The notes beneath the pieces were generated by a model, which was given only the letters and a program-made list of their open reading frames with translations, had not been told where the DNA came from and made no database searches. The position numbers and the translations under genes were made by a program. A stretch of 64,000 nt of DNA from an uncultured Ruficoccus sp. (GTDB lineage Bacteria > Verrucomicrobiota > Verrucomicrobiia > Opitutales > Cerasicoccaceae), in assembly GCA_965140785.1 (NCBI GenBank), contig OZ223475.1, positions 224,001 to 288,000 of the forward strand, in the 5' to 3' direction. This document shows positions 1 through 9,470 of this stretch, in pieces (the first letter of the stretch is position 1; each line of letters starts with the position of its first letter).

Positions 1-720
1 GCTTACTATAGTCGAAACGATTGGGCCGGCTGTATCGTCGACCGCAGTGGTCGGATCGTTTACGACAGCCCCGCCAATAATGCGAATGCGCACTACCTGC
101 ACAACATGCTCTTTGTCGCGGGCCCTTCCAAAGAGCTTTCGGCCCACCCTACGATGATTGATGCGGAGTGCTATCGTGCCAATCCAATTGAAAATTTCGA
201 CACCGCGTGTTGTAGGATTCAAACACAGGAAGGGATCGAACTGATGTTTTTCACAACACATTGCGTGGATTCGTCAATCGGGCCGAAATTTTCCTTTGTT
301 TTTGAAAACGCGGTTATTGAAATGGCCAACGACAGCATCGTGGCACGATTTTCCGACAATTCACTAAGGAACTACGGCACCCCCGATATCGACCTAATGT
401 TCAAGTTGAGATATTCCGTGGAACGTTGTCGTAAGCCAGCGTCTTACTCTACCATTTGCGGCGCGGAGGCCGCCGTGTCCCATACAGCCTGTATCGAAGG
501 AATGCAGTCTGTTCAAATAAACACGTTTCCCGAAGAAATGATCGCTTACAGCAACGCTGACCCAAATAATCGGGTGACCTACGTTCCCACATTGGCCGAC
601 GCAATTAATGAGGGCTATCGGCAACGAAGCCTGTTTTCGGAATTGGGCCTACCCTGGGCGGCCCGGGCCCATCACGTGGAGATCCCAGTGGTGCCAACCG
701 GATATTCTCATCAGGCTTGA
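1..720 (+). CDS. Gfo/Idh/MocA family oxidoreductase, 5'-partial
   Basis: Frame open from base 1: AYYSRNDWAG...DSPANNANAHYLHNML...YRANPIENFDT, matching the paralogues at 26303-27514 and 58606-59853. Confidence 0.85.
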   Translation, partial: AYYSRNDWAGCIVDRSGRIVYDSPANNANAHYLHNMLFVAGPSKELSAHPTMIDAECYRANPIENFDTACCRIQTQEGIELMFFTTHCVDSSIGPKFSFVFENAVIEMANDSIVARFSDNSLRNYGTPDIDLMFKLRYSVERCRKPASYSTICGAEAAVSHTACIEGMQSVQINTFPEEMIAYSNADPNNRVTYVPTLADAINEGYRQRSLFSELGLPWAARAHHVEIPVVPTGYSHQA

Positions 721-809
721 TGCCTGTAGGCGCAGAATCGCATTCGCTTTAACGGGTTAAAATGCGGTTTGATTGAATCATCCGAATAGGCGAAGTTAAA
801 TCATGCTCC

Positions 810-959
810 ATGAATACCTCCCACGCCCTTATTGTTCGTTACGTCAAATCCAGAGGCTTCACCCTAGTTGAACTACTGGCGTGCGTTGCGATCAGTGGCA
901 TCTTGATTTTTGATGGACATGTGGAAGCATTTGGCCGCGAAGAAACGGGCCGTCAGTAA
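810..959 (+). CDS. 49-aa minimal prepilin-type protein (N-methylation motif fused directly to the DGHV tail); possibly an internal-deletion remnant
   Basis: Manual translation MNTSHALIVRYVKSRGFTLVELLACVAISGILIFDGHVEAFGREETGRQ*; below the ORF-track length cutoff. Confidence 0.7.
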   Translation: MNTSHALIVRYVKSRGFTLVELLACVAISGILIFDGHVEAFGREETGRQ

Positions 960-980
960 TCACTCAACCAAGCATTAGGA

Positions 981-2891
981 ATGCGCTTAATTACTTTTTG
1001 CCTGCTCGCACTGCTGGCTCACCCAATCGTCGCGGAAACGTGGTATGTTGACAATAGTACCGGTCAGGATGATTACACAGGTGTTGCACGGAACAAAGCC
1101 TTCGCCACGATTCAGCGAGCGGTGGATTCCGCACAACCCGGGGACACAATCCTGGTTGCGCCAGGGGTTTATCATGAGTTTGTTAAATGGAACCAATCCG
1201 GCTCTGCGGATGCCCCCATTACCCTGCGGGCCGAGTCGAGTGGTTGCTACGAAACCGTTTTGACCGGCGCAGACGAGTCGATACGTAATCAGCAAGTGAG
1301 TTGGGACTTGGTCGATAGCGACCTGGGTCTATACCGGGTGCCGTTCAAGTATCGTCCGGTTCGCGTCCTCGCTGACCGCGTTGACCTGCTTGCCTATCCG
1401 AACCTTGCGGATCTCAAGGCGCTACGATTCGTGGAAGATGACTATCCAGGGGTCGGTCATGGCTTTGCCTGGGACTCTGATACACAATCGCTGTACATCC
1501 GCCTTTACGCCGATGGCCGGTATGGCTCAAGTGATCCGAATGACCATGTTATCGCGGCAGCACCGCCTACGCCTGGTGGGCGATGGGGGCAGATACTGAA
1601 CCGCGATGACCACTTCCTCATCTCGATTTCGAATGACAAACCCGCCCATATCGTGATTGATGGCTTCACATTTGAAACGCCCGGATTCGCAGGAGTCGAC
1701 GCTTCAGCTGGTGAGGTTACCGTGCGCAACTCTTGGTTTTTCGGTTGCCGCTATGCAGTGGCAGGTGCCATGGATGGCTCGACCCCTAACGTCATCGTCG
1801 AGAATTGTTTCTACACCCAGTTTCCTGCCTTCACCGACTGCGCTGAAGTCATCTTCAAAGAAGCCAGCCAGCAGCGAGAAAAATCTGAATGGTGGCAGAA
1901 AATCATGCATTGGCAGCGAAAAGGGGGCTTCCCGCCAGGCACTCGCGGCATTGGATCGCCTTATGCTTACGAAACCGGATTGGTAAGCCGGATAGGAGAA
2001 AATTGGACTATTCAACGGAATTGGCTATGGGAAACTTTTGAAGGGTTTTCCGCTGGATCAGTCACGCAAAGCAAAGACTCACGCATCATTAATAACCGTA
2101 TTGAACGCGTTTGCGACAATGCCGTTGAATCGGAAAACCATGCGCAGAACCTTATTGTAGCCGGAAATCTGATTATCGATGCTTTCGAGCCGTTTTCTTG
2201 GCAGCCCTTGAACGGAAGCCCCCTGCCGGGACCCATCTATGTGTATGACAACATCGTGCTGCAAACGCCGGAAGCAACACGAATGTGGGAAACAACCGGC
2301 AATACGGGGGGGGCGGTCAAACTCGGCTGCAAGGACGATCGGAATTGGCAGAACGGTAAGATGGGAGACCTGCCTCGCGACGTCACCACTGCACCCGGAG
2401 GTTTCTGGTTTGCTCACAACACGATACTGGTTCCTCAGGGTAGATTGATTACCTCGCTCAATTCGCCAGGGCGGCGATACGAAGGCTTTTACCTGCTGAA
2501 CAATCTGGTCGCAACCAAGCAAGTTACGCAGGAATCCGCATTCGAGGAGATCGAGAGCATTTCCTTCCTCCATAATGCAGTTTGGTTTGCTGAAGAGACA
2601 ACAGACCGAGCGGAAGTCGCCGCCGGTGAAGGCGGCTGGGATTCGTCCACTCTGGCGCCACTCGCGATCGCCTGGTATGCGCTGGGCGCTAACGTTACCC
2701 AGTCCAATGAGCAGCCGCTGGACATCGGTCTGACCGATCGAAAGCTTTCAGCACCCGGTGCCGTTGCGACAACTGTTCCCGGAGAAATCCCACTTAGACG
2801 CACGGTTGGCGCACAGGCCTTTACGGGACCGGTTGGCCCCGAGGGTGCGCCCGAGCCCGAGTCGATTCTTTCAACAATCATCGTACCATGA
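981..2891 (+). CDS. Secreted right-handed parallel beta-helix protein (DUF1565-like N-terminus), putative glycan-active enzyme
   Basis: Signal peptide; WYVDNSTG..FATIQRAVDSAQPGDTILVAPGVY; Asn-ladder repeats (IERVCDNAVESE, GPIYVYDNI). Confidence 0.8.
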   Translation: MRLITFCLLALLAHPIVAETWYVDNSTGQDDYTGVARNKAFATIQRAVDSAQPGDTILVAPGVYHEFVKWNQSGSADAPITLRAESSGCYETVLTGADESIRNQQVSWDLVDSDLGLYRVPFKYRPVRVLADRVDLLAYPNLADLKALRFVEDDYPGVGHGFAWDSDTQSLYIRLYADGRYGSSDPNDHVIAAAPPTPGGRWGQILNRDDHFLISISNDKPAHIVIDGFTFETPGFAGVDASAGEVTVRNSWFFGCRYAVAGAMDGSTPNVIVENCFYTQFPAFTDCAEVIFKEASQQREKSEWWQKIMHWQRKGGFPPGTRGIGSPYAYETGLVSRIGENWTIQRNWLWETFEGFSAGSVTQSKDSRIINNRIERVCDNAVESENHAQNLIVAGNLIIDAFEPFSWQPLNGSPLPGPIYVYDNIVLQTPEATRMWETTGNTGGAVKLGCKDDRNWQNGKMGDLPRDVTTAPGGFWFAHNTILVPQGRLITSLNSPGRRYEGFYLLNNLVATKQVTQESAFEEIESISFLHNAVWFAEETTDRAEVAAGEGGWDSSTLAPLAIAWYALGANVTQSNEQPLDIGLTDRKLSAPGAVATTVPGEIPLRRTVGAQAFTGPVGPEGAPEPESILSTIIVP

Positions 2892-3655
2892 AGAAATCCC
2901 TCCTCATCACCTTCGTTGGATTCGCTTGCGCCTCTGCGGCGACCGCTGACCTTATTTGGTCGGCTGACTTCGAGTCCTATAATACCAAGCACGAGCCCGC
3001 ACCCTTGATCATCAATTCGTCCGGGAAAGACGACACGTTTACCGCGGTCTTACCTAATTCGCGAATGAAGGTAGGCGCATGTGAAGTTCGCTCTGATGGC
3101 TCGCCTTCATTCATGGATGGAAATGCGTTGTACCTTGAAGGCGATGTCATAGAGACGGGAAACGCTTCCCTCCGCATCCGGCAAAACAAGATGGATACGA
3201 TTAGCGGCGCCGGTGCGATTGTTATCAGCTTCGATGTTTATTGTCCCCATAAACCAGTATACAGCCTGATAGCTGAAGTGAACACCAACCAGGATGGCCG
3301 CACCGGGAGCATGCTCTATTCTCCCCAACCCAAGTCTGAGACGATAAGGGCCACCATCATAATCAATTGTACGTCAAATAGCCTGACCTTGCCGGGGGAT
3401 TTGGGGAGCCTGAACACGAATTCCTGCGCATTATATTTCTACGATGGAGTATCTTACAGCGGTCTGAAAATTTCAGATGGGGACGTTACCAGCTACGAGA
3501 TTTCGGGCTTTAGCGTCGGCCTGAGTCGCAGCAATTTTGAGAAGAACGACGTAGCCGAATTGTGGATTGATAATGTTGGCGTGTGGAATTCAATCGATGA
3601 CAGCATTTCGGGAACTTCCGTGCTAGAGCTTAAACCAGGCGTCGTCGTCAAGTAG
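2888..3655 (+). CDS. Secreted hypothetical protein, beta-sandwich-like
   Basis: 255-aa ORF with signal peptide, ATGA overlap with the upstream gene, C-terminal LWIDNVGVW. Confidence 0.65.
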   Translation: MKKSLLITFVGFACASAATADLIWSADFESYNTKHEPAPLIINSSGKDDTFTAVLPNSRMKVGACEVRSDGSPSFMDGNALYLEGDVIETGNASLRIRQNKMDTISGAGAIVISFDVYCPHKPVYSLIAEVNTNQDGRTGSMLYSPQPKSETIRATIIINCTSNSLTLPGDLGSLNTNSCALYFYDGVSYSGLKISDGDVTSYEISGFSVGLSRSNFEKNDVAELWIDNVGVWNSIDDSISGTSVLELKPGVVVK

Positions 3656-3735
3656 TAAGTTTATCTCGTTGAGGATTTAACGTGTCAACTTTTGCCTAGC
3701 TTGTTATTTTAGAGATCATACATCATCCTGATCGC

Positions 3736-4401
3736 ATGTTACCCCCAACGAAATCGCTTGTTAGGCCCTCGGCTTTCCGTGCCGCATTCAGCTTGATCGA
3801 ACTGTTGGCGGTTTTGGCCGTGATCGGTGTTCTCGCCGCGATCCTTCTGCCCGTATTTTCACGGATCAAGGGGGACAGTCTGGGTATGTTAGCCACGGCC
3901 CAGATGCGCCAAATCAGCCAGGCCGTTTTTCTTTACGCGACTGAACATGACAACAACCTGCCCGGCCCGATGTACTCCGGTCAGGGCTTCCGCTTCAAGG
4001 ACGGACGCCCCCAGTTTCTGTTTTCGTCCATCGGGGTTTATTTGGACCAGAAAAAACCGACCTGGCGGTGGGAAGTCGCCGACCCGAGCTTCATGACCGC
4101 CCCGCAGCGCGATTTCTTTGAACAAGAGGGTGAAGATGCCACCTTCTACAGCATTAAGTCAGGCGGTGACGTCGTTCCCTTTGGTTATACGGTTTCCGGC
4201 GCTATGCCGATGAAACTCAATGCGATCGAAGACCCGGGTAAGGTGTTCATGCTCAGAGAGGTGGACCAGCAGGCAGCCTGGGTCTATTCCAGCTGGTCTT
4301 CCCGGACGCCACCTGAACCCCTGCACGGCAACTTTCGTCACATTTCTTACTTCGACGGCAGTGTAGAGGCACTGCCCCGATCCGACACCGATCAGCCCTG
4401 A
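3736..4401 (+). CDS. Prepilin-type N-terminal cleavage/methylation protein with H-X9-DG motif
   Basis: AFSLIELLAVLAVIGVLAAIL at the N-terminus; HGNFRHISYFDGSV at the C-terminus. Confidence 0.9.
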   Translation: MLPPTKSLVRPSAFRAAFSLIELLAVLAVIGVLAAILLPVFSRIKGDSLGMLATAQMRQISQAVFLYATEHDNNLPGPMYSGQGFRFKDGRPQFLFSSIGVYLDQKKPTWRWEVADPSFMTAPQRDFFEQEGEDATFYSIKSGGDVVPFGYTVSGAMPMKLNAIEDPGKVFMLREVDQQAAWVYSSWSSRTPPEPLHGNFRHISYFDGSVEALPRSDTDQP

Positions 4402-4424
4402 AGGCGGTCTTGTCCTTTACCTCC

Positions 4425-4589
4425 ATGATGAAGCTATTCTTCTTGGCCTTCCTGTGCCTGCTTACCGACTGTGAGGCGACCGTGACGACTTGGTACGTAA
4501 ATGGCAAAGGGTCTGCTGAGGCCAGCAGTCAAAGGCCCGGAGAGGCCTTCGCGACTATTCAGCGCGCTGTTGACATGGCCCAACAGGGT
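4425..4589 (+). pseudogene. N-terminal remnant of a DUF1565/beta-helix secreted protein
   Basis: Signal peptide plus TWYVNGKG..AFATIQRAVDMAQQG, homologous to the start of 981-2891; similarity stops abruptly at about 4589. Confidence 0.7.
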
Positions 4590-4590
4590 T

Positions 4591-4812
4591 ACTCCGTTTT
4601 TCATCGCTCACGGTACCGCGGACAAGACCATTCCGGTCGAGCGCTCCCGCCTGCTGGTGGAGTCCTTGAAAGACTTGGGAATCAAGTATGTTTACATCGA
4701 GGTGGAGGATGGTCCGCATTCCTTCAACCTGACGCCCGCCGGCCAGGATCTGCGGCCAGCGCTGCTGGATTTCCTGAAGGAGAACCTTGGCGAGCCACAT
4801 CAAAAATCCTAG
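4591..4812 (+). pseudogene. C-terminal remnant of an alpha/beta-hydrolase (esterase)
   Basis: TPFFIAHGTADKTIPVERS...EVEDGPHSF carries the catalytic Asp/His region; the N-terminal nucleophile part is absent. Confidence 0.7.
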
Positions 4813-4857
4813 TCAAAAAAACGCTCATTCTCGTATCAATCCCTATACTGACGCCCC

Positions 4858-5781
4858 ATGAAAAGCCGATTCCTGCCTCCCTGTTTTATCGCTATCATTA
4901 GCTTGTCGTTTTGTTCTGTCTTTGCCACCCCTGGATGGGCGCAGGACATTTCAACGGGCTTTGAAGACGGTAGCCTGTCTCCGTTCGGACTGGAGAGCCT
5001 TCCGGGAAACGTTTCCGAAGTTGTCACGCCGACGGGTTTCTCCGCGCGCGCCGGTAATAAGGTCAACCGCATCGTCTGGTACGCGGACAATTACGAGGGC
5101 GCACGCACGGGGCGGAGCGTCGAGGGCCAATCCTACAAACTCGACCGCATCACGAGCGAAGGTTGGTACGGCTTCAGCTTTTACGCCCCAGAATCCTTTC
5201 CCGTTCCGGACAAACGGATGGTGCTGGCGCAGATTATTGCCTGGGATCCCAGCTTACCCAATACGAACATTACCATCACGGTCGGCGTGAATGCGCTCGG
5301 TGCCCTCATCCTTGAAGGGGCGTATGGCGTGGGCGACGGTGCCAAAGATGTCAGCGTGTACACCCCGATTGCGCCCGTGTTGACCAAAAACACTTGGCAC
5401 GACGTGATCCTGTACTGCAACTTTTCGCGTGACAACACCGGTATCCTGCAAGCCTGGTATGACGGCGCTCCCGAGTCGTCCCCGACCATTTCGGCCACGG
5501 GTATCAACCTTGGCAATGGCGCGTGGACGGACGACAACACACTGACGACCGGGGGCTACATCAAATGGGGCCCCTACTGCTATGACAGTGCCAACTATGT
5601 GCCGGGCGAAAGCCGCGAGATTTACTACGATGAAATTTCGTACCTCGTGGGTAATCCCGAAGGGGCGTTCGACCTGGTCAAGGCAGAGGGCTACGGCACG
5701 ATCCCGGAGGGAAGCTCGACGCCTTTGATTCTTGCGCTCGCGGCTTTGCTGGTGGCTGTTTTGCCTCGGAGGGGTAAATAG
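4858..5781 (+). CDS. Polysaccharide-lyase-like (jelly-roll) secreted protein with a PEP-CTERM-like tail
   Basis: Signal peptide; WYGFSFYAP, VLAQI, WHDVIL, YIKWGPY, IYYDEI motifs; tail IPEG-hydrophobic-RRGK. Confidence 0.75.
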   Translation: MKSRFLPPCFIAIISLSFCSVFATPGWAQDISTGFEDGSLSPFGLESLPGNVSEVVTPTGFSARAGNKVNRIVWYADNYEGARTGRSVEGQSYKLDRITSEGWYGFSFYAPESFPVPDKRMVLAQIIAWDPSLPNTNITITVGVNALGALILEGAYGVGDGAKDVSVYTPIAPVLTKNTWHDVILYCNFSRDNTGILQAWYDGAPESSPTISATGINLGNGAWTDDNTLTTGGYIKWGPYCYDSANYVPGESREIYYDEISYLVGNPEGAFDLVKAEGYGTIPEGSSTPLILALAALLVAVLPRRGK

Positions 5782-5790
5782 CTCTGTGTG

Positions 5791-5934
5791 GGGCGCAAGC
5801 TTTCGATGAAGATCGCGACGCTCGTGACTCTGGAGACGATCTACCGCTGGCATCGTCAATTCGTCACGATGGCGTATGCCCCGAAGGGCTGGGATCATTC
5901 CGTTGTCCATGCTCGGCGGGCCGAGCGCAATGCG
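5791..5934 (+). mobile_element. Transposase (integrase-core type) internal fragment, copy 1
   Basis: Nucleotide sequence closely matches 12910-13053 (MKIATLVT.ETIYRWHRQF...RRAERNA). Confidence 0.8.
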
Positions 5935-6061
5935 CGTCAATGCGACTGCACGTAACGCAAGGATTTAAGTACGCCTTAACTCGAAAATTGATGAAGTTTG
6001 TTTATTGAAAATCAGCGACTTCGGGGTGGCTGTTCGCGTTTCGATACCTCTAGGTGTGATC
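5930..6061 (+). repeat. Degenerate ~130-bp direct repeat, copy A (probable IS end)
   Basis: Starts ATGCGCGTCAATGCGACTGC, identical at 12413; shared blocks CTTAACTCG, TCAGCGACTT and ACCTC downstream. Confidence 0.75.
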
Positions 6062-6158
6062 AAACAAGACCCCGGTGCGTGCGTGTTTCAAAGCAGATTT
6101 TTTCTAAATAAACTTGCAATGTATATTAATTTTATAAACATTAAAAAAATCGTCACTC

Positions 6159-6731
6159 ATGAACTTAACCCGAAAAGGCGAATACGCACTGCGCTCCTTG
6201 ATCAAGCTGGGCATTGCCCACGAGATGGGGAAGCCTCACCTGTCTGTCTCCGAGCTGGCAGAGAGCGAGAAGCTGCCGCTCAAGTTTCTTGAGCAGGTGC
6301 TTTTTCAGTTGCGGGGTGCGGGCTATATCGAAACCAAGCGGGGGAAGTTCGGGGGTTACTTTTTGGCCCGTCCCATGGCCGAGGTTCGCATTGGCGACAT
6401 TGTGCGGCTGATCGACGGCAAGCTCGCCCCGATCGCGTGCGCCAGTATGACCGCCTATGAGAAGTGTTCTTGCCCGGACGAGACGCACTGTGGCCTGCGC
6501 ATGCTCATGGTCGACGTACGCAATGCTATCGCCAACATCCTCGATCGCTACACGCTGGCGGACGTGGTCGAGGTAACCATGCGCAAGCTTCGCCGCGACG
6601 GCGTGGCCTTACCCTTTGAAAAAGCCGACGGTAAGTCCGTGGCGGTCGAGCTGCCCGAGGGGTTCAACCCTGTCGATCCGCGTGACGGTCTCATCGCCGA
6701 ACTGGCCAGTAAAAAAGGAGGTAAGCCATGA
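6159..6731 (+). CDS. Rrf2 family transcriptional regulator
   Basis: KGEYALRSL, KFLEQVL, RGKFGGYFLAR wHTH; Cys cluster CASMTAYEKCSCPDETHC. Confidence 0.92.
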   Translation: MNLTRKGEYALRSLIKLGIAHEMGKPHLSVSELAESEKLPLKFLEQVLFQLRGAGYIETKRGKFGGYFLARPMAEVRIGDIVRLIDGKLAPIACASMTAYEKCSCPDETHCGLRMLMVDVRNAIANILDRYTLADVVEVTMRKLRRDGVALPFEKADGKSVAVELPEGFNPVDPRDGLIAELASKKGGKP

Positions 6732-6916
6732 ACCATACAGCCGCCACGCCCTCAGAGCCGCTCTTGCCCTGGCAGTGCCTGGTCCGGGAAAAAGTCTCCG
6801 AGCTGCGCTTCGGGGTTGTCCAGATCGTCGTGCACAACGGCCGGGTAACCCAGGTCGAGTGCACGGAAAAGACGCGCTTCGATGACTCCGTCGAGCGCGC
6901 TGCCTCCTCTCGCTAG
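6728..6916 (+). CDS. YezD/DUF2292 family small protein
   Basis: LRFGVVQIVVHNGRVTQVECTEKTRF signature; position in front of sulfur-uptake genes. Confidence 0.85.
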   Translation: MNHTAATPSEPLLPWQCLVREKVSELRFGVVQIVVHNGRVTQVECTEKTRFDDSVERAASSR

Positions 6917-6984
6917 ATTTTAATGGCTACCCGTACACACGGGAGCCTTCACCCACGATTCCATAACATGCACACGCATACGCG

Positions 6985-7023
6985 GCTGACCGGACAACCG
7001 GACGTTTCGTTCCTGAACGGAAA
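6985..7023 (+). promoter_or_regulatory. Putative leader RNA element: two small hairpins upstream of the porin start
   Basis: GCTGA-CCGG-ACAA-CCGG-A followed by TTTCGTTC-CT-GAACGGAAA, ending about 9 nt before the ATG. Confidence 0.35.
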
Positions 7024-7031
7024 GAAACATC

Positions 7032-8393
7032 ATGCCATCGCTGAGAGTACTCTCGCGGATCAGCGCGTTCTCCCTGCTGGCGCTTTTGTCGCCAACGCTG
7101 GGCGCCCAGCCATCCTCTGAATCTGAAATCGCGGAACTGCGTCGCCAATTGGCTGCGCTTTCCACTCGCTTAGCTGAGTTGGAGTCCCAGCAGGCCGTGA
7201 CGGCCAAGGCCGCCGAAAAGGCGGTCAACTCGACGGAGAACACGCCCAAAGTCACCCTTGGCTCGAAGGGGCTTCAAGTCGTCTCCCCGGGCGGCGATTA
7301 TTCGCTGCGGTTGGACGGACTCATCCAGATCGACAACCGCTCGTACTTCGGCGACCCGCAGGATACGAACACCTTTCTTGTGCGCCGCCTGCGCCCCTCG
7401 CTGCGGGGCACACTGTTCCATGACTTCGACTTTCGCGGACAGGTGGACTTTGCCGGTTCATCGGTCAGCCTGCTTGATGCCTGGCTGCGCTATACCTACT
7501 CGCCGGCGCTGCGGGTGCGTGTGGGAAAAATGAAGACCCCGATCGGGTTGGAGCGGCTACAGTCACCCGCGAATCTTTTTCTGCCCGAGCGCGGTTTGGC
7601 CAGTAACCTCACTCCGACGCGCGACATCGGCGCGGAGCTGTCGGGCAAGCTTTTCGACCGTGTGTTGGAGTATCAGGTCGGTGTCTTCAATGGCGCGGGT
7701 AATAACCAGAACCCGAACAACGACTTTAACTCTCCGAAAACCGTTTCGGCGAGAGCCTACGTTACGCCCTTTGCTGCCGATAACGATTCGTTCCTCTCCG
7801 GCCTGGGCTTCGGGCTGGCAGGCAGCTACGGTGACGAGAGTGATCAGGCGCCCCCCACCCAGAAAACGCCTGGGCAGGAAGTCTTTTTCCAGTATAATTC
7901 CGGTGTTTCCGCGACTGGCGAACACACCCGGATCAACCCGCAGGTCGGTCTCTTTTATGAGCGCTTCGGGCTCATCGCCGAGGCCATTTACGACCGGCAG
8001 GCCTTTGCTCGGGGAGGGGAGGAGCGGACTGTTTGCAGTTGGGGCTGGACCGTCTCGCCGTCCTATGTGCTGAGTGGCGGGACCAATACCTACAAGGGCG
8101 TCATCGTGGATAAGGGGGCGAGCCTTCACGAGGGTGGTATCGGTGCCTGGATGCTGGCGGCTCGTAGCTCCGGGATGCTGATTGGAGACGAGGTCTACGC
8201 CGGGAGCGCTGCCACGCAGTTGGCCAACCCCGCCACAACCGCTCGCACGGCCATTGATTGGGGGCTGAGTCTGAACTGGTACCCGAACCAGAACGTTAAA
8301 GTCATGCTCGACTACGACAATACCAACTTTTCTGACGGCGGCTATGGCCCTACCCAGCACGTCCTCATCACCCGGCTCCAATTCGCCTTTTAA
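7032..8393 (+). CDS. OprO/OprP-family anion-selective porin
   Basis: Signal peptide plus coiled coil; FLVRRLRPSLRG, LLDAW, GKMKTPIGLERLQ, GLSLNWY; C-terminal Phe (RLQFAF). Confidence 0.88.
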   Translation: MPSLRVLSRISAFSLLALLSPTLGAQPSSESEIAELRRQLAALSTRLAELESQQAVTAKAAEKAVNSTENTPKVTLGSKGLQVVSPGGDYSLRLDGLIQIDNRSYFGDPQDTNTFLVRRLRPSLRGTLFHDFDFRGQVDFAGSSVSLLDAWLRYTYSPALRVRVGKMKTPIGLERLQSPANLFLPERGLASNLTPTRDIGAELSGKLFDRVLEYQVGVFNGAGNNQNPNNDFNSPKTVSARAYVTPFAADNDSFLSGLGFGLAGSYGDESDQAPPTQKTPGQEVFFQYNSGVSATGEHTRINPQVGLFYERFGLIAEAIYDRQAFARGGEERTVCSWGWTVSPSYVLSGGTNTYKGVIVDKGASLHEGGIGAWMLAARSSGMLIGDEVYAGSAATQLANPATTARTAIDWGLSLNWYPNQNVKVMLDYDNTNFSDGGYGPTQHVLITRLQFAF

Positions 8394-8434
8394 AAAACTG
8401 CTCACGTATCCAAAAAAAATGACAGGCATCCACC

Positions 8435-9436
8435 ATGAAAAAAATTAAGCTTATTCTCCTGGCTACACTTGTGTCCACCGTGCCCGTTTCGGGTTTTGCC
8501 GCCAAGAAACTCCTGAACGTTTCCTACGACCCGACGCGGGAGTTTTACAGCGACTATAACAAATACTTCGAAGACTACTGGAAGCAAAAGACCGGGGAAA
8601 AGATTACCATCCGGCAGTCTCACGGCGGCGCGGGTAAGCAGGCGCGTTCAGTTATCGACGGGCTCAATGCCGACGTCGTAACGCTCGCGCTCGCCTACGA
8701 TATCGACGCCATCGCCGAGCGTACTGGCAAAATTCCCGCCGATTGGCAGAGTCGCCTGCCCAATGGCAGTTCACCCTACACCTCGACGATCGTTTTTCTC
8801 GTTCGTAAGGGAAACCCCAAACAGATCAAGGATTGGGATGACCTGACTAAAGACGGAGTCGAGGTGATCACCCCCAACCCGAAAACCTCCGGCGGTGCGC
8901 GCTGGAATTTTCTCGCCGCCTGGGCCTGGGCACTCGACAACTATGACGGCGACGAGACAAAGACGAAGAACTATGTCTCCCGACTCTACAATCATGTGCC
9001 CGTGCTCGATAGTGGGGCCCGTGGCGCTACCACGACTTTTGTCCAGCGCGGTATCGGTGACGTGCTCCTCGCTTGGGAGAACGAGGCTTTTCTTGCCCAG
9101 GAGGAGCTCGGGCGCGGTCAGTTCGATATCGTCGTGCCATCGGTCAGCATCCTGGCTCAGCCGCCCGTTACCGTCGTGGACGGCAACGCTGAAAAGAACG
9201 GAAACCTTGAGGTCGCGACTGCTTACCTGGAGCAGCTCTATTCGCCAACCGGCCAGAAGCTTGCCGCCAAGCACTACTACCGCCCGTGCAAGCCCGAGTA
9301 TGCGGACCCGGTTGATCTGGAGCGCTTGCCCGAGGTGAAGCTCGTCACGGTGGACGAGGCCTTCGGGGGCTGGCAGCAAGCGCAGAAGCGCTTCTTCGCC
9401 GATGGCGGAATCTTTGACCAGATTTACCTGCACTAG
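8435..9436 (+). CDS. sbp: Sulfate ABC transporter substrate-binding protein
   Basis: [57 protein letters not shown]. Confidence 0.97.
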   Translation: MKKIKLILLATLVSTVPVSGFAAKKLLNVSYDPTREFYSDYNKYFEDYWKQKTGEKITIRQSHGGAGKQARSVIDGLNADVVTLALAYDIDAIAERTGKIPADWQSRLPNGSSPYTSTIVFLVRKGNPKQIKDWDDLTKDGVEVITPNPKTSGGARWNFLAAWAWALDNYDGDETKTKNYVSRLYNHVPVLDSGARGATTTFVQRGIGDVLLAWENEAFLAQEELGRGQFDIVVPSVSILAQPPVTVVDGNAEKNGNLEVATAYLEQLYSPTGQKLAAKHYYRPCKPEYADPVDLERLPEVKLVTVDEAFGGWQQAQKRFFADGGIFDQIYLH

Positions 9437-9470
9437 TTGTCATGAATTATAACTACCACACACCGTTGCC

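Noticed and set aside
2306..2313. G8 tract as a phase-variation switch
   Set aside because: Short, in frame (TGGA) and expected by chance in GC-rich DNA; no supporting evidence
2845..2891. APEPES near the C-terminus of the beta-helix protein as a PEP-CTERM signal
   Set aside because: No transmembrane helix or basic tail follows
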